DNA of 63,102 nt, the filler included, from Globobulimina sp. (lineage: Eukaryota): the NCBI GenBank assembly GCA_003354225.1. It is 42 parts of 42 records of this genome, joined end to end, with 100 filler letters (N's around TTAATTAATTAA, not from the genome) between each part and the next. Parts side by side here need not be neighbours in the genome. Positions count along the whole stretch, not along the records: positions 1 to 1,406 come from PIVH01017188.1; positions 1,507 to 2,912 come from PIVH01017189.1; positions 3,013 to 4,418 come from PIVH01017190.1; positions 4,519 to 5,924 come from PIVH01017191.1; positions 6,025 to 7,430 come from PIVH01017192.1; positions 7,531 to 8,936 come from PIVH01017193.1; positions 9,037 to 10,442 come from PIVH01017194.1; positions 10,543 to 11,947 come from PIVH01017195.1; 34 more parts are not named here. One strand, given 5' to 3'. The notes beneath the pieces are model-generated. The model was not told the DNA's origin. It saw nothing but the letters and a program-made list of their open reading frames with translations, and searched no databases. Made by a program: the position numbers and the translations under genes. Of this stretch, positions 1-12,153 are shown in pieces (positions within the stretch are counted from its first letter, which is position 1; each line of letters begins with the position of its first letter).

Positions 1-723
1 GAAAAATAAAATTTCATTCAACAAATACAAAATTAATGTGCCAAAAAAAACAATATTCGTAGTTTTGAATTCATAATAAAAGAGGAACGAGTCCTGAACC
101 AATGTTTTGTCCCTCAATAAGCGTATAAATAAATATAAGATGAAATTGATGGGAATGCCGTAAAGAATGCAGTCTATAAATTGTGTCCAATCCCTGTATG
201 TAAATAATGTGAGTAATGACATTGAAGTGGTCGCTGCAAATAAATAATAAGGAACAGCAAATCGCGTAGCAATAAACTTGACATTGCCGAATGTATTTTG
301 GTTGTTTAAGTACCAATTATGATGACTTGAATTTGTATCAATCATTGATTTCCATTCATCATTCAACAAAGCATTCACATGATGTATTTTAAAATACATT
401 GTCCATAATCTGCACGCTTCCAATGCGATAATGCCGTGTCCGCAGAATGGATAAAATGTATATACGAAAATATCAACGGCATTTTGATATTTTTGCCAGG
501 CTTCAAATTGGAATCCAATGCTTACAAACAATGGCCATATAAATAAACAGTTAAACAATGCAATCAAACATTCAGCTATCACAATTTTAGGGAAACGCTT
601 CTCATAAATTAACAGTTTCCGAATTTGTTTAAACCGGAACAGCGAACATATTAACAATGCAACCATTCCCCAGGAAAGACCACAAATTGTATACCATAAT
701 ACATATCTGTAATGTTCCAACAT
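1..723 (-). CDS. Multi-pass (7TM-like) membrane protein, N-terminal part; resembles the TM region of 7TM-RGS proteins; 3' truncated; absent from ORF track
   Basis: Manual translation is stop-free from ATG 723 to base 1: MLEHYRYVLWYTICGLSWGMVALLICSLFRFKQIRKLLIYEKRFPKIVIAECLIALFNCLFIWPLF...EACRLWTMYF...NWYLNNQNTFGN...QDSFLFYYEFK; several hydrophobic helices. Confidence 0.75.
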   Translation of the reverse strand, partial: MLEHYRYVLWYTICGLSWGMVALLICSLFRFKQIRKLLIYEKRFPKIVIAECLIALFNCLFIWPLFVSIGFQFEAWQKYQNAVDIFVYTFYPFCGHGIIALEACRLWTMYFKIHHVNALLNDEWKSMIDTNSSHHNWYLNNQNTFGNVKFIATRFAVPYYLFAATTSMSLLTLFTYRDWTQFIDCILYGIPINFILYLFIRLLRDKTLVQDSFLFYYEFKTTNIVFFGTLILYLLNEILFF

Positions 724-941
724 GTTCGCACTCTGTGTTTTCTGAAAACGAGTGCATGCTGAGTTTAGATTTGTGTTTGTAAGTAATAAACATAGAGTGT
801 ACTTGTTGCAATTGTTATATATATAGTTGACCTGACGAGAGGATGATTTGAAGTAAGAAGTTGTTTGAAGTTTTTTTAGTTTGAACAATATTTAAGGGGA
901 TATTCTTCTCTTAAATTTAGTCTAAATCAGGTTGTTGCAAT

Positions 942-1406
942 TTATTCACAGTAATCTTGTGATGATTTCGATTGAATCTCGATAACATTTCTCTGTTGGT
1001 TCATTTTCAATTCCTCTTTATAGACAAACAAATAACAGCAACAACATACATATGTAATGAATAACTTCCATTTATTTTGATTAAAACTATACATAAACCA
1101 TACACAAATCGCATTGGTCATTGAATCCAATGGAATCAACAAACCAAATCCTCCGATTTGCGATGAAATTCCAAAAACTAATAATGATGAAAAACACGCA
1201 ACAATGACTAATATTGTTTGCTTTCGAACGAGCAAAATCATTCCATATTTACGATGAGAATGTGTTTCATTTTTTGCTTTAATCGCATTGATTGCGATTC
1301 TCAGTTTATATACAAACAAACAACAAACAAAAATTGAATACGAAACATCTCCGAAAAATAATGATAAAAGAACACCATTTAAAAATCTCTGTTGTTTATC
1401 TGAACC
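942..1406 (-). CDS. GPCR-like 7TM protein, C-terminal fragment (TM5-TM7)
   Basis: LFVYKL...LVRKQTILVIVACFSSLL...PLDSMTNAICVWFMYSF followed by a Cys cluster (CCCC). Confidence 0.6.
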   Translation of the reverse strand, partial: GSDKQQRFLNGVLLSLFFGDVSYSIFVCCLFVYKLRIAINAIKAKNETHSHRKYGMILLVRKQTILVIVACFSSLLVFGISSQIGGFGLLIPLDSMTNAICVWFMYSFNQNKWKLFITYVCCCCYLFVYKEELKMNQQRNVIEIQSKSSQDYCE

Positions 1407-1506
1407 NNNNNNNNNNNNNNNNNNNNNNNNNNNNNNNNNNNNNNNNNNNNTTAATTAATTAANNNNNNNNNNNNNNNNNNNNNNNNNNNNNNNNNNNNNN
1501 NNNNNN
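1407..1506. other. Artificial contig linker (44N-TTAATTAATTAA-44N); recurs about every 1.5 kb through the window
   Basis: Identical 100-bp spacer with stops in all six frames separating segments of near-identical length (1,404-1,406 bp). Confidence 0.99.
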
Positions 1507-2807
1507 GATCTCATAGCTCTATCAGATGATGTTATTGTTAAATCTGGTTCATGCCACATTACATATAATCTACCTGAAGAATCGATAGTAGAATTTGTAG
1601 TATAATATGATGCAAGGTTTGTTACGCCTGTTGTAGCAATAACTACAGATGATGGAGCAACAGAATCAGAGAATTGAAACCTCTTCATATTCATATCAGT
1701 CCCGTATCGATAGAAATAATATATATACCCGTCACCACCACGTATTAATGAAGATGAAAGACTTGTTGCTCCGTTCCAAAATATTGACCACGTTTCTCCA
1801 TTGTCTGTACTTTTCCACAAACTTTCAAAAGAAGAATGATAAGGTGCTATAACATATAATGTATTACCATCTCTTACAATTCTATCATGACCTCTAACAG
1901 CATGTAAATTTTGAGAATAAGTTGTATCATTAACATTAATCGGAGTTTTATCTCAACCAACTGATATATCAGGTTCACCATCCCAAAATTCAACATCGTC
2001 CACATCTATTATCATAGATGTTGTAGGAATAGTTGCTGACCAATTTCCTGTTATATTGGTTCTTTGAAAAAAACTACCGAAAGTAGGAGAAGTTGTTGTG
2101 TTTGATGTTCCAGGACCAGTCATATACCAATCATCCCACCAAACAGTTTGAGTAATATTACCTGTAGATCCTATATCATTATTTCGAACAACTCTGAAAA
2201 CAACAGAATGCCATTGACCATCATCTAAATCAACACCCACATCATGTTGCGGATTTGGTGCTACACCATCTCCTCCTGGAAGATAGAAAGTAGACGTAGA
2301 TTCATCGTTTCTAAGTCTAAGCATCAAATGAGCACAAGCATGATCTCCTTCACCATTATTTCCATAAACTCTAATAAATTTTAGTTGGCCCATATTTCCA
2401 CCACCAACTTTAACTTGATCTTTCCAATCTCCAACCAATCTAAAATAAAATCTAACAGTTTGTGTGTTTGAAACAATCGCTGTTTCAAAATCAGTATTAT
2501 CTCCAGAATTTATTGGGTACGTACCATCATACCCAATATTATTATATCCTTGAACTGAAGTTAAATATTCTTGTGACCAAAAATAAGATCCTGTATGAGC
2601 TGTTCTTCCAGAACCACTATCTAATATATCTGTCGCTCCTGTATGAACAGACCAAAATCCTGAATCATCAGTGCTATATAAATAATCTGGTGTAGTATTT
2701 ACATCTCCAGTATAATCTTCATACCCATATTTTATTATATTTATTCCTGCATTAACGCTACTAATGAAAAAACAAATAAAAAATATTACATATAAAATTC
2801 TTTTCAT
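1507..2807 (-). CDS. Prokaryote/phage-like secreted protein: signal peptide, LamG/lectin-like beta domain, then BNR/Asp-box domain; one in-frame TGA at 1953-1955
   Basis: GGAGG Shine-Dalgarno upstream and TAATG stop/start overlap with the preceding ORF; DGQWHSVVFRV and IDVDDVEFWDG are LamG-like; WKSTDNGETWS is an Asp-box; no introns. Confidence 0.7.
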
Positions 2808-2902
2808 TATTGGGCCTCCAACACTATTGCAGCAGCTGACATATCCCCTGATCCTGAAAATATAATTTCTTTTGTTATACTTGATGCTCCCGTTTCGTAT
2901 AT
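2807..2902 (-). CDS. C-terminus of upstream prokaryote-type ORF, translationally coupled to the next gene
   Basis: ...IYETGASSITKEIIFSGSGDMSAAAIVLEAQ*; its TAA overlaps the next ATG. Confidence 0.55.
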   Translation of the reverse strand: MYETGASSITKEIIFSGSGDMSAAAIVLEAQ

Positions 2903-3103
2903 TTATATGCTTNNNNNNNNNNNNNNNNNNNNNNNNNNNNNNNNNNNNNNNNNNNNTTAATTAATTAANNNNNNNNNNNNNNNNNNNNNNNNNNNNNNNN
3001 NNNNNNNNNNNNTTATTTTACAGATTTAGTTCATATTCATAAAACAAATTTTCCTTTCAAAGTTTTCTAGTACTACTTCTTTTAATACTCTTTTGTATCG
3101 CAG

Positions 3104-4261
3104 ATGAAACTGACAGTACTCAATTTATGCATCATTGCTCGTTTGATAAATGCCCAATCTATTGAATGTAGCGGTGATTGTAGCTGTCCAGATTCTATTG
3201 AAGGAGTAACATGCATATTAAAGTTTGTTAATTTAATTTTGATCGAATTGCATAGTTTCTTTCACATCTAATTTACATTCAGTTGTAATGACCCAGATAA
3301 ATGTAAAGATAGCACATTATTATGCAGAGCAGGTGATCCATGCATAGTGAATTGTAATGGGGATAATTCATGCGAAGGAAATACTTTTATTGATGGTTCT
3401 GGAGCTACAGATGTTGCAGTCAATTGCTTTGGTTACAACGCATGTAAAGGCAATTCAGTTATTAATTGTGGTACTAATTCATGTGTCTTATCATGTGAAA
3501 CAGGTACAAGCTGTGACAGAACAACAGTTAATGCTCAGCATGCAACAAGTCTATCATGCACAGGACGTTGTGAATCTATTCCATCACCATTTGCAATTCC
3601 AACAATTTCACCAACAAATCCAACTTATCCAAGCTTCTCACCAACTGAAATGCCAACAGTAGCTCCACAAAACACAACTAAGTATTCAATTGCAATGATC
3701 ATTAATGGAACAGATGAACAGTTAACGGTATCATTGGAAACCAACAAAATCACAGAAAGTCCACAAACAGCTTTGCTACAAACCCAAAAAGATATTATAC
3801 ACAAACTATCAGTAAATCCGATATATTATATTTTCATTACATTCGCTTTGATTATGTTTATAGGCGCTTGTATTTGTTTTGTGATACTTTATACATATTT
3901 TTTAGTAGAACAAACTAAAATGGTTCAAGATATAGCAAAGCAAAATCATGATCAAGGTATTTCAGAAAATAAGGAAGGTGATAACTCTGATTGTATACAT
4001 ACTTTTGTTGAAGAAACACATGAAATGCATGATGTTGATGACCAGGTTATTGGTGAGATGAAAAAAGAACCAAACGAAACTAGATTACCATCGGCTGTGT
4101 ACGAATACGACCCTGACAGTAGTACTGATTTTGGTACTGATTTAACGTTAACATCGTGTTCATCCAGCAGTGATATTGAGCAATATGTCCAAACAGTGGA
4201 TTATCAAAATTCGCCAATAACAGTTTTTATGGTTCCTCCTGGAACAATTCCTGATCGGTAA
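3104..4261 (+). CDS. Type I membrane protein: signal peptide, Cys-rich ectodomain, PT-rich stalk, TM; intron 3223-3282
   Basis: MKLTVLNLCIIARLINAQSIECSGDCSC... splices via a 60-nt GT-AG intron into ORF 3347-4261; TM IYYIFITFALIMFIGACICFVILY. Confidence 0.75.
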
Positions 4262-4788
4262 TCATAATAATATACAAATTCATTATCAGTGTAATAACCA
4301 ATTCCAACCAATAAACAACTTTTTATCAATTTTATGTTTGCCCTTCATTATTGATTATTATTTGTTATTACTTTTGTATCATAATTTTACTCGTTTTGTG
4401 TTGTCATTTGTTAATTGANNNNNNNNNNNNNNNNNNNNNNNNNNNNNNNNNNNNNNNNNNNNTTAATTAATTAANNNNNNNNNNNNNNNNNNNNNNNNNN
4501 NNNNNNNNNNNNNNNNNNATTTTTATAGTTGGCAAAGAGGACGATATCGATATATAATATATAATAATGTAGAATTTTATCGTGAAATGGTAAAAATTAT
4601 TTGCTCTATATCTAATATTAAATATTATAGAGTTCAAATACGTTTTTATACCTATCATCTCACCGACTTTTGTAATTAATAATGTATGGATATAATCATA
4701 TTCAACGTAAAATTCTACACTATATATCGTCGCAAGTGCAACTCCCAAAAATCATCATATGTACAATCGCAAAATCGCATAATTACAC

Positions 4789-5815
4789 ATGTATATTTTT
4801 AAAGGGCAAAGTATGATTAATCTAAGTCCGCAGCAACAGCAACAAATAAGAATGCAACAGCAACAACAACAAAATATACAACAAATGAGAGTGGCACAAA
4901 GTATGACTGCGCAACAAATGAGAAACGCTATGAACCCATCCATGCAGCAACAAATGCGGAGGCAGCAGCAGCAACAAAATATGCAAAATAGAAGCCAACA
5001 AATGCAGCGACAACAGTCTGGTGGTGGTGGTATGCACCCACAGCATAGAAAAGATAATAAAACCAAAGTATTTGGCAACGATCCATCTGTGCCTGCCCCG
5101 CCAAACAAAAATAACGAGCCCAACAAGAGTAATGAGGCAAACCAACGAGCCATGCCAGGTCTGATCATGTTTTAAGTCACAGTTTTTTTTCTACTGAAAA
5201 CATTTAAGTACATGTCAACTAACTCAAAATGTTGTCTATTCAGGTAAACTGCAAGCAAACCGTGTACCAGTTCATTTCCAGGCAAATTCCGCGGGAAATG
5301 TAAACCCCAAACATAGAAAAGATAACAAAACAAAAGTTTTCGGACAAGACCCAAGTGTGCCAGCACCGCCATCGGCGAATACGAAGAAGGTCGCCATACA
5401 GAACAACGCAAATATAAAACCAAATCAATTATCACCTCAACAAAAGCAACAAATGAACAACATCAACAAACAAAACCAGATCTATCAGCAACAGCAAATC
5501 CTACGCAATCAAAACCAATCTGTAAGGAATCTGAGTGGCCATCAAAGGCAAATAAAAAGAAACTATCCGCAGGGCGCATGGGGGCCATCTCACCCATATT
5601 ATAGACAATGGCAAATGCAGCAGAGACAAATGGCGATGCGAAGAGGACAGGTTCCAGGCCAAGGTCGTGGCGGTGGCGCTGGCGGCGGCACTCAGAATCC
5701 ATACTATCGACAATGGCAGCAATACTATCAAAGATTGATGCAAAATCCACAGGGACAGTTGCAACAAATGATCATGCAACAACAGGTGTGCACTGCCATG
5801 ATTCTGTCCCGCTGA
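4789..5815 (+). CDS. Gln/Asn/Met-rich low-complexity protein, multi-exon fragment
   Basis: Two Q-rich ORFs with repeated FG(N/Q)DPSVPAPP and (H/N)PYYRQWQ motifs, separated by a probable intron near 5158-5243. Confidence 0.6.
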
Positions 5816-6024
5816 CATGATGTTTTACTTTGAAATTTCCAAAAACTTTTTCAGTAAAAAATTTGCACACTGCATATTGATATTTTGTTCTGATAAGTTT
5901 CCAAAAACATTTTTTTTTGAAAATNNNNNNNNNNNNNNNNNNNNNNNNNNNNNNNNNNNNNNNNNNNNTTAATTAATTAANNNNNNNNNNNNNNNNNNNN
6001 NNNNNNNNNNNNNNNNNNNNNNNN

Positions 6025-7322
6025 CCATAATATTGTACTAATTCACGCAAATATTTGCTAACATGAACATATTTGCTGTTTCTTTTCTTAATCGATTCGA
6101 TAGCTTCATTCCATTTTATTTTTCTAAACGTGGAGCAAAAATCTGTACAAAATTCTGCAAAGTCGCAGTAACATATTAATGCATATAAATGCCGTATACA
6201 TAATGGAGCTTCATATGCGATATTATAATATAAGCGATCCTGTCTAAGCACACATTTTATTGTTTTGCATTTTTGTGTTTCAAAGTACTTATTCGCTTTA
6301 TCTACAATCAAATTGTTATATTGTTCAATACGCACAAATCCAGAGCTTAACATTTCTTCTTTCAATGATTGGTAATATTTTCTTACATAAACTTCGTTGA
6401 TTGGATATGGAGCAACTTTATTATGATCGTAATATGTTTTGTTACGTTCAATGTGTCGATCAGTAATATATTTATAATATGACCAATACCAAAACACAAT
6501 GCCTGTCGAAAATGAACATTCTTTATCTTTTATCCTTTTTTTATTGTTATAAAATTGTGTGGCAGGAATTATATTAAATTTACAATGTTTGCTGTTGTCA
6601 AATCTATCCATTTGCAAAGTGCATGTTTTATGTTTTAATTCTATCTCTTTTTGTATTTCACCAAACTGTGAGTCTATGTATGTGTACGTACAACAATTGC
6701 TGTCATGTTCTTTAATATCAACGGATGAACGCAATCCAATGTGATTGAGATGAAATAAATTGACGTGAATAGTGTCGAATATATTGATGAATAAATGTTG
6801 GTTATAGGCACTGTTTCTGTTTTTGTAATGTCTTTGTGCATATTGACAGTGTTCGATGTTGCATCTTTTATTGATATTACAGTATTGTTGGAATTCAGCA
6901 GCAATTTGATGGAATGAATGAGAATGTACACAGATAAAATGAATATAATCGTCGATACACTTTGAATATTGACTCATGCAAAAATCGATAAATTTATCTC
7001 TTGCATTTGAAATATGTGATGATGAAATCAATAAATTATAATGTTTTGATGCATTCGCAAGACGTAATAAATAGAAACAATTATTGATCAGCAAATCATT
7101 GTTACTGTCTGATTTTATACAACATTGTTGCTGGTTTTTCTGAAATATTTTGAAATTAATACTTGTTTTTACATTTCCTTCAAATGCACAACTTTTCTCA
7201 AGCTCCTCCGTATTGGTCAACGGGATTTGTTTGTTCTTGTATGATACGCCAATTTCACAATGTTTGATGAATTGGTGATTCATTTTGAAGAATTGAATTG
7301 GTGATGCATTGGTGATGCACAC
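6025..7322 (-). CDS. Hypothetical protein with His/Cys motif domain, 3' truncated
   Basis: Long ORF with DDYIHFICVH...CNIEHCQYAQRH...DTIHVNLFH and later CYCDFAEFCTDFCSTFRK...SKYLRELVQYY. Confidence 0.7.
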
Positions 7323-7552
7323 TGAATCCCTTGAATTGACTCGGTGAATCTTAAGGTTTTTCGAATCCTCGAATCTGAATCCTCGAATCCTTGAATACTG
7401 CGAATAAGCTCGAAAACCTGAATGCTCAGANNNNNNNNNNNNNNNNNNNNNNNNNNNNNNNNNNNNNNNNNNNNTTAATTAATTAANNNNNNNNNNNNNN
7501 NNNNNNNNNNNNNNNNNNNNNNNNNNNNNNTTTACTGACTCTATTTCGTATT

Positions 7553-8309
7553 ATGGCAAACCGACACAAACACATCTCTTGGTTGATAATAGCATCACTA
7601 TTTATTTTGACGCAAACTATACGCGCAGATCGATGCAAGTCAGCGAGTAGCTTTTATTTTGATCGTAAACGACCAAAACAACGATCACTGCCATTTTGCA
7701 AAGAATACAGTAGAAATACATGCTGCCATCCATTAGACGCACAGCAAATATTTCAATCCATAAAACCATTATTACAAAACGAGAATGTCTCAAATAAATG
7801 CAAACAGCTCACAAAGGATATGTTCTGTTCTTCATGTAATCCGGATATAGGGACACATCATTTGAATGGAATCTGCATAGTTTAGTATTTCCCTCCTATC
7901 AATTCAATGATTGCATGCTATTAATTGCTATAAATAGGATTATTGTAACAAATGGTACAGTCATTGTGAAAACGAATATTATTATTTGGACATTTATGGT
8001 CAATTAAAAATATGCGAGGATGACTCCCGTGTTTGTTCGCCGTTAAATACATTTATTAAACATGGGGCGGATTTTTGTGAAGCATCTGGTTTCGATACAA
8101 ATCATATTTCTATAAATTGTTTTGACGGACACGTAATCACTAAAAATAAAAGAATACGAAATAAACACTATACAAACAAACGGAAACGTTTGAATAAGAA
8201 GTTTATAGATAAAGTATCCAATGAGCCATCAGCATCACCGACCATCAGCCCTTCTGACAATGTAATCGAACCGCATCCAGCGCCTTCATTACAAAATCTG
8301 AATCTATAG
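7553..8309 (+). CDS. Folate-receptor-family (FOLR/HHIP-like Cys-rich) secreted protein; intron 7880-7937
   Basis: Signal peptide; FCKEYSRNTCC...CKQLTKDMFCSSCNP...IC/DYCNKWYSHC...C...CSPL...GADFC cysteine pattern. Confidence 0.75.
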
Positions 8310-8515
8310 CATTCATTTTTTTGTATTATTGTTCGGTCTTTTATTATTTTTCCCTACTTTTTTGTTCGTTTTTGTGCTGACATTGCCCCTAAGCAATCAA
8401 AAAAAGCGATGTCTTTTCAGATATTTGGATCGTAGCATTATTATAGAATTCGTGCATTACACAAGTCTTGTTTTGGACACGGTTTTTACGACACTAAATC
8501 CTCAATAGTCAAGTG

Positions 8516-8936
8516 ATGGCATCATTTATCTTTGAGTTTTTGTTGATTTCACAAACAATAATATCAGCTTCTGCAAACAACCAATTATTATGTCCATCAA
8601 CAAACGGTTCTTCTACAACTTGTACATCATTTTGCGGTGAAGCAACAGAAGAAACCATATACATTGGAGTTAAAAATCCAACATGTGCTACGATGACAGA
8701 ATCAGAATCTGGACAATGTATAAAAAAAGACATAGGATGTGCCATACCATGGCTTTGTCAAATATTAAATGATGAATCAAAGCAGACCGAATTATCCTGT
8801 TCCACTGCTGATTTATTATTCAATTTATGGCAGTTGGACTGCGAAATACTTGCACCTAAAATACAATATACAAACTGCAAAATACAGCAATTTTGTTGCA
8901 ATAACACAGAGTTAACAGGCTGCTCTATGGATACAG
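8516..8936 (+). CDS. Secreted Cys-rich protein, 3' truncated
   Basis: Hydrophobic N-terminus followed by many Cys. Confidence 0.55.
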
Positions 8937-9036
8937 NNNNNNNNNNNNNNNNNNNNNNNNNNNNNNNNNNNNNNNNNNNNTTAATTAATTAANNNNNNNN
9001 NNNNNNNNNNNNNNNNNNNNNNNNNNNNNNNNNNNN

Positions 9037-9400
9037 TGAGCCATATTTAAAAGTGCCATACATTCCAACTACTGCCCCTATTGCACATAATCCAATTGGA
9101 ATCCACAAAAAAAGGTTATTCGTATCCATAAATTCTGCAGAAAAATCTGCAATAAAATAATCAAGACAATATACTATGAATATTGCTGTACATGCTAGAC
9201 TTATAAAGGCATATAAAAAAGTGGAAAATGTCGCCGCACATCGAATCATGCCTTCTGATATTAGGTCATCTACAATTTCTGCTGCTTGTTCTCTATGTTC
9301 TTTTATTTCAGAGATTTTCTTCGTTCTTTTATCAATAATATTGTTTTGGGGAGTGATTATACCGATTTTTTCTTCCTCTCGAATATCCTGCTCCAACATC
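9037..9400 (-). CDS. Membrane protein N-terminus (tetraspanin-like TM1-TM2 arrangement), truncated
   Basis: Two hydrophobic helices; GAVVGMYG. Confidence 0.45.
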
Positions 9401-10542
9401 ATTTTTATTAAGTGACTTCAAAATCTGTCGCATGCGAATATTTGCTGTCAAAAGAAGAGATGATCGCACAACAAGGGGGTAAAATTCTTAATTCACTGTA
9501 TGAAAAAAACGTCGTGCTAACCCAAGATAAACCATAGTGTCGCGAAGCTCTTAGAAATAAATCAAATTGAATCAATAATTAAATATCAACTATGAACGAT
9601 TTTCCACAAACATCATTTGATCCACTCATGATAATGGGTGTGTTGGCCGCTGTGTTGTTATGTTTTGTCTGTTCATGTGTTGCATTCGTAACTGGCGCTG
9701 GCATTGGATATTTTGTAAGAACTAAGCAAAAGAGTAATACTAAAAATACAAAGACCAAATCCAGACCAGTTTATGAACAAGTTGATGTTGAAGAATCTGA
9801 ACAGGTCTTATACTATAATATCATACATTATTTTCTATATTACAAACATGTATATACAGCAAGTTTGATGGTACAAAATCAAAGATTTGTAAACTCAACA
9901 CAATGCACATGTATTATTGTCAATATCCTGTATTTTGTTCTTTTTTCCCCTAATAAAGTAGCGTTTTTCTAATAAAATGAATACAACTTAATTGTGCAAG
10001 GATAAAACAATACATTTTGTCAACGCAACATCAAAAAAGTAAAATAAATTTAATTCAAAAAAAAGTAACGTGCAGAAAACACAACTACAATAATTATTTG
10101 GTACTTTTAGTCAAACCATCGACTATGGACAGGCACGTCATTGCTCACAGTACTCCTTATATCGCGTTGCAAGGATGGATGATAGTCGTCACCTCTCGGA
10201 GACATTGATGTCATTTTCTTTTGTATTGTTTTCAATAACGAACTATTTGGGTCAGTTTTTAACTGGTTATACATTTCAGAGATCCCATCCGTCATAGCAT
10301 CTTCAACTGCATTTTTTAAGCCCACTTCTAACTCTTTACTCCATCGCCTTTTATGTTGCAGTTGAAATTTATTCGCAGCACTGCTCTCAAACCGGATATC
10401 ATTACATTTAGCATCAATATCAGACATCGATTCCGATGACACNNNNNNNNNNNNNNNNNNNNNNNNNNNNNNNNNNNNNNNNNNNNTTAATTAATTAANN
10501 NNNNNNNNNNNNNNNNNNNNNNNNNNNNNNNNNNNNNNNNNN

Positions 10543-11007
10543 TACTGAAAAAATTAAATCGAGTTCATTGTGATTGGCATCTTTCGAGTATTGGTATTGA
10601 ACAGAGATTTTTATAAAGCCTTCTTCTGTAAACTTAATAGCATTTCCGATCAGGTTGACCAAAATCTGTCTCAGGCGGATTTCATCAAGTATTAGCATTT
10701 GGGATAATTCCGGAGGAATCGATATAATAAGTTCCAGTCCCTTATCTTCTATTTTCTCGCATAATAGTTTTAAATTCTGCTCGTTTGACAGTAATTCCTT
10801 GTCTTTTAATAGTAACTGTTCATCTTTGTTTTTCATACCAATGGTTAGTAAGTCTATGGTGTCTTGTTTATATTTTACATCTTTGGATAAAAGAGAGATT
10901 TTCTCTTCTTTTAAACGTATGTCTTTCTTTAATTGCTTTACCTCTTTCTGATAATTGTAACCTTTAGACTCGCTTTTGTGGTGACCCGCAGTCTTTCGCG
11001 ACGCCAT
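10543..11007 (-). CDS. Coiled-coil N-terminus fused to a bacterial-type histidine kinase HATPase fragment (probable chimera)
   Basis: KGLELIISIPPELSQMLILDEIRLRQILVNLIGNAIKFTEEGFIKISV is a hybrid-HK N-box; no HisKA H-box upstream. Confidence 0.7.
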
Positions 11008-11189
11008 GATTACTTGTCACACTCTTAAAAACTTTACAAAATTTTTGCTGTGGACTGTCTGGTACGAGGTCATTGTACTAGCACTGACGTAGTGTTCTGA
11101 TACTCATTACAGTGTTGAGCAGAGCACATCAGAAAGTATTATCGCGTTTTTCCGCTGGATAGATATAACCGCCGAGACCTCAGCAAGGA

Positions 11190-11710
11190 CAAAAGATATG
11201 GCAATATACGCCATATTTGTCAATATTTCCATCCATTATCCATACCAGAATATGATGTGCCATTATCGTTACAGCCATTATCGCATAATTTAGAATATGC
11301 AACCTATGAAACATTTGAATCCGATCCTGTCCAATTTATCCAATACGAAAAGCAATCATACAATGTTTACTTGATTTAGATAGAATGAATATACTGTAAT
11401 GATAATAGGTGCCTTAAGCTAAAATGCAACAAATTCAACAGGAATTGCAACCAAAATATATGCGGTTATAATATTAAAGCATAAGAATATGAATATATGG
11501 AATGGTGCAGTCACCATAATTGAGCAAGATATGCGAATCTGGGAACCAGAGCAGAAAGCACATGCAATTACTAGTATATCTGAATTATTAGGTACGTTCT
11601 TTCGGAGTTTCGGAGATAATGAGTTATCACCAGAATGTTTACAAATACGTGTGTCTGGTACGAATGGTGTGTTATCAAACCTATCGTACAGAATTCAGTG
11701 TATTGTGTAA
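11190..11710 (+). pseudogene. PRMT5: Decayed protein arginine N-methyltransferase 5
   Basis: LQPLSHNLEYATYETFESDPVQFIQYEK / AIIQCLLD / TVMIIGA / TKIYAV / VTIIEQDMRIWEPEQKA..SELLG..SFGDNELSPECL in shifting frames with stops; the GAGRGPL motif is truncated. Confidence 0.85.
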
Positions 11711-12153
11711 ATTCATAACTAAAACATGTCATGCGAAGTATGACTGTTTTAAATCACATATGACTGTTGTTTGAAGTATGTTGCTAAAATATTTTAAATC
11801 ACACTTGTTTGAATGTTTGAATTGACTATGGCCAACTAAGTGATTTTCGAGACCGTTACATTTCATGTCTCCAATGTCTACACTTGTCTTTTAGATTGGC
11901 GATCCTAAATATGAATCTCATTAATGAATTTCGTCTAAAAGTATCTANNNNNNNNNNNNNNNNNNNNNNNNNNNNNNNNNNNNNNNNNNNNTTAATTAAT
12001 TAANNNNNNNNNNNNNNNNNNNNNNNNNNNNNNNNNNNNNNNNNNNNAATACAAAAAAAAAGCGAAAAAAATACAAAATATTCAAGATCGAAAAAAAACA
12101 ACAATTAAAAAACAACAAGAAAAATAATCATTTATATTTACAATCAAGCAAAC

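Noticed and set aside
420-450. PFCGHG motif suggesting PhzF or proline racemase
   Set aside because: It lies inside a hydrophobic helix of a multi-TM ORF with no other epimerase motifs
1507-2807. Genome-wide TGA reassignment (table 4 or 25) for this contig
   Set aside because: Only one TGA against 13 TGG Trp and many GGN Gly codons; not supported as a general code
4755-5168. Poly-Cys and poly-Leu antisense ORFs (also the LDLM repeat ORF 44388-44792)
   Set aside because: Shadows of CAA/CAG Gln-rich and PT-repeat coding strands
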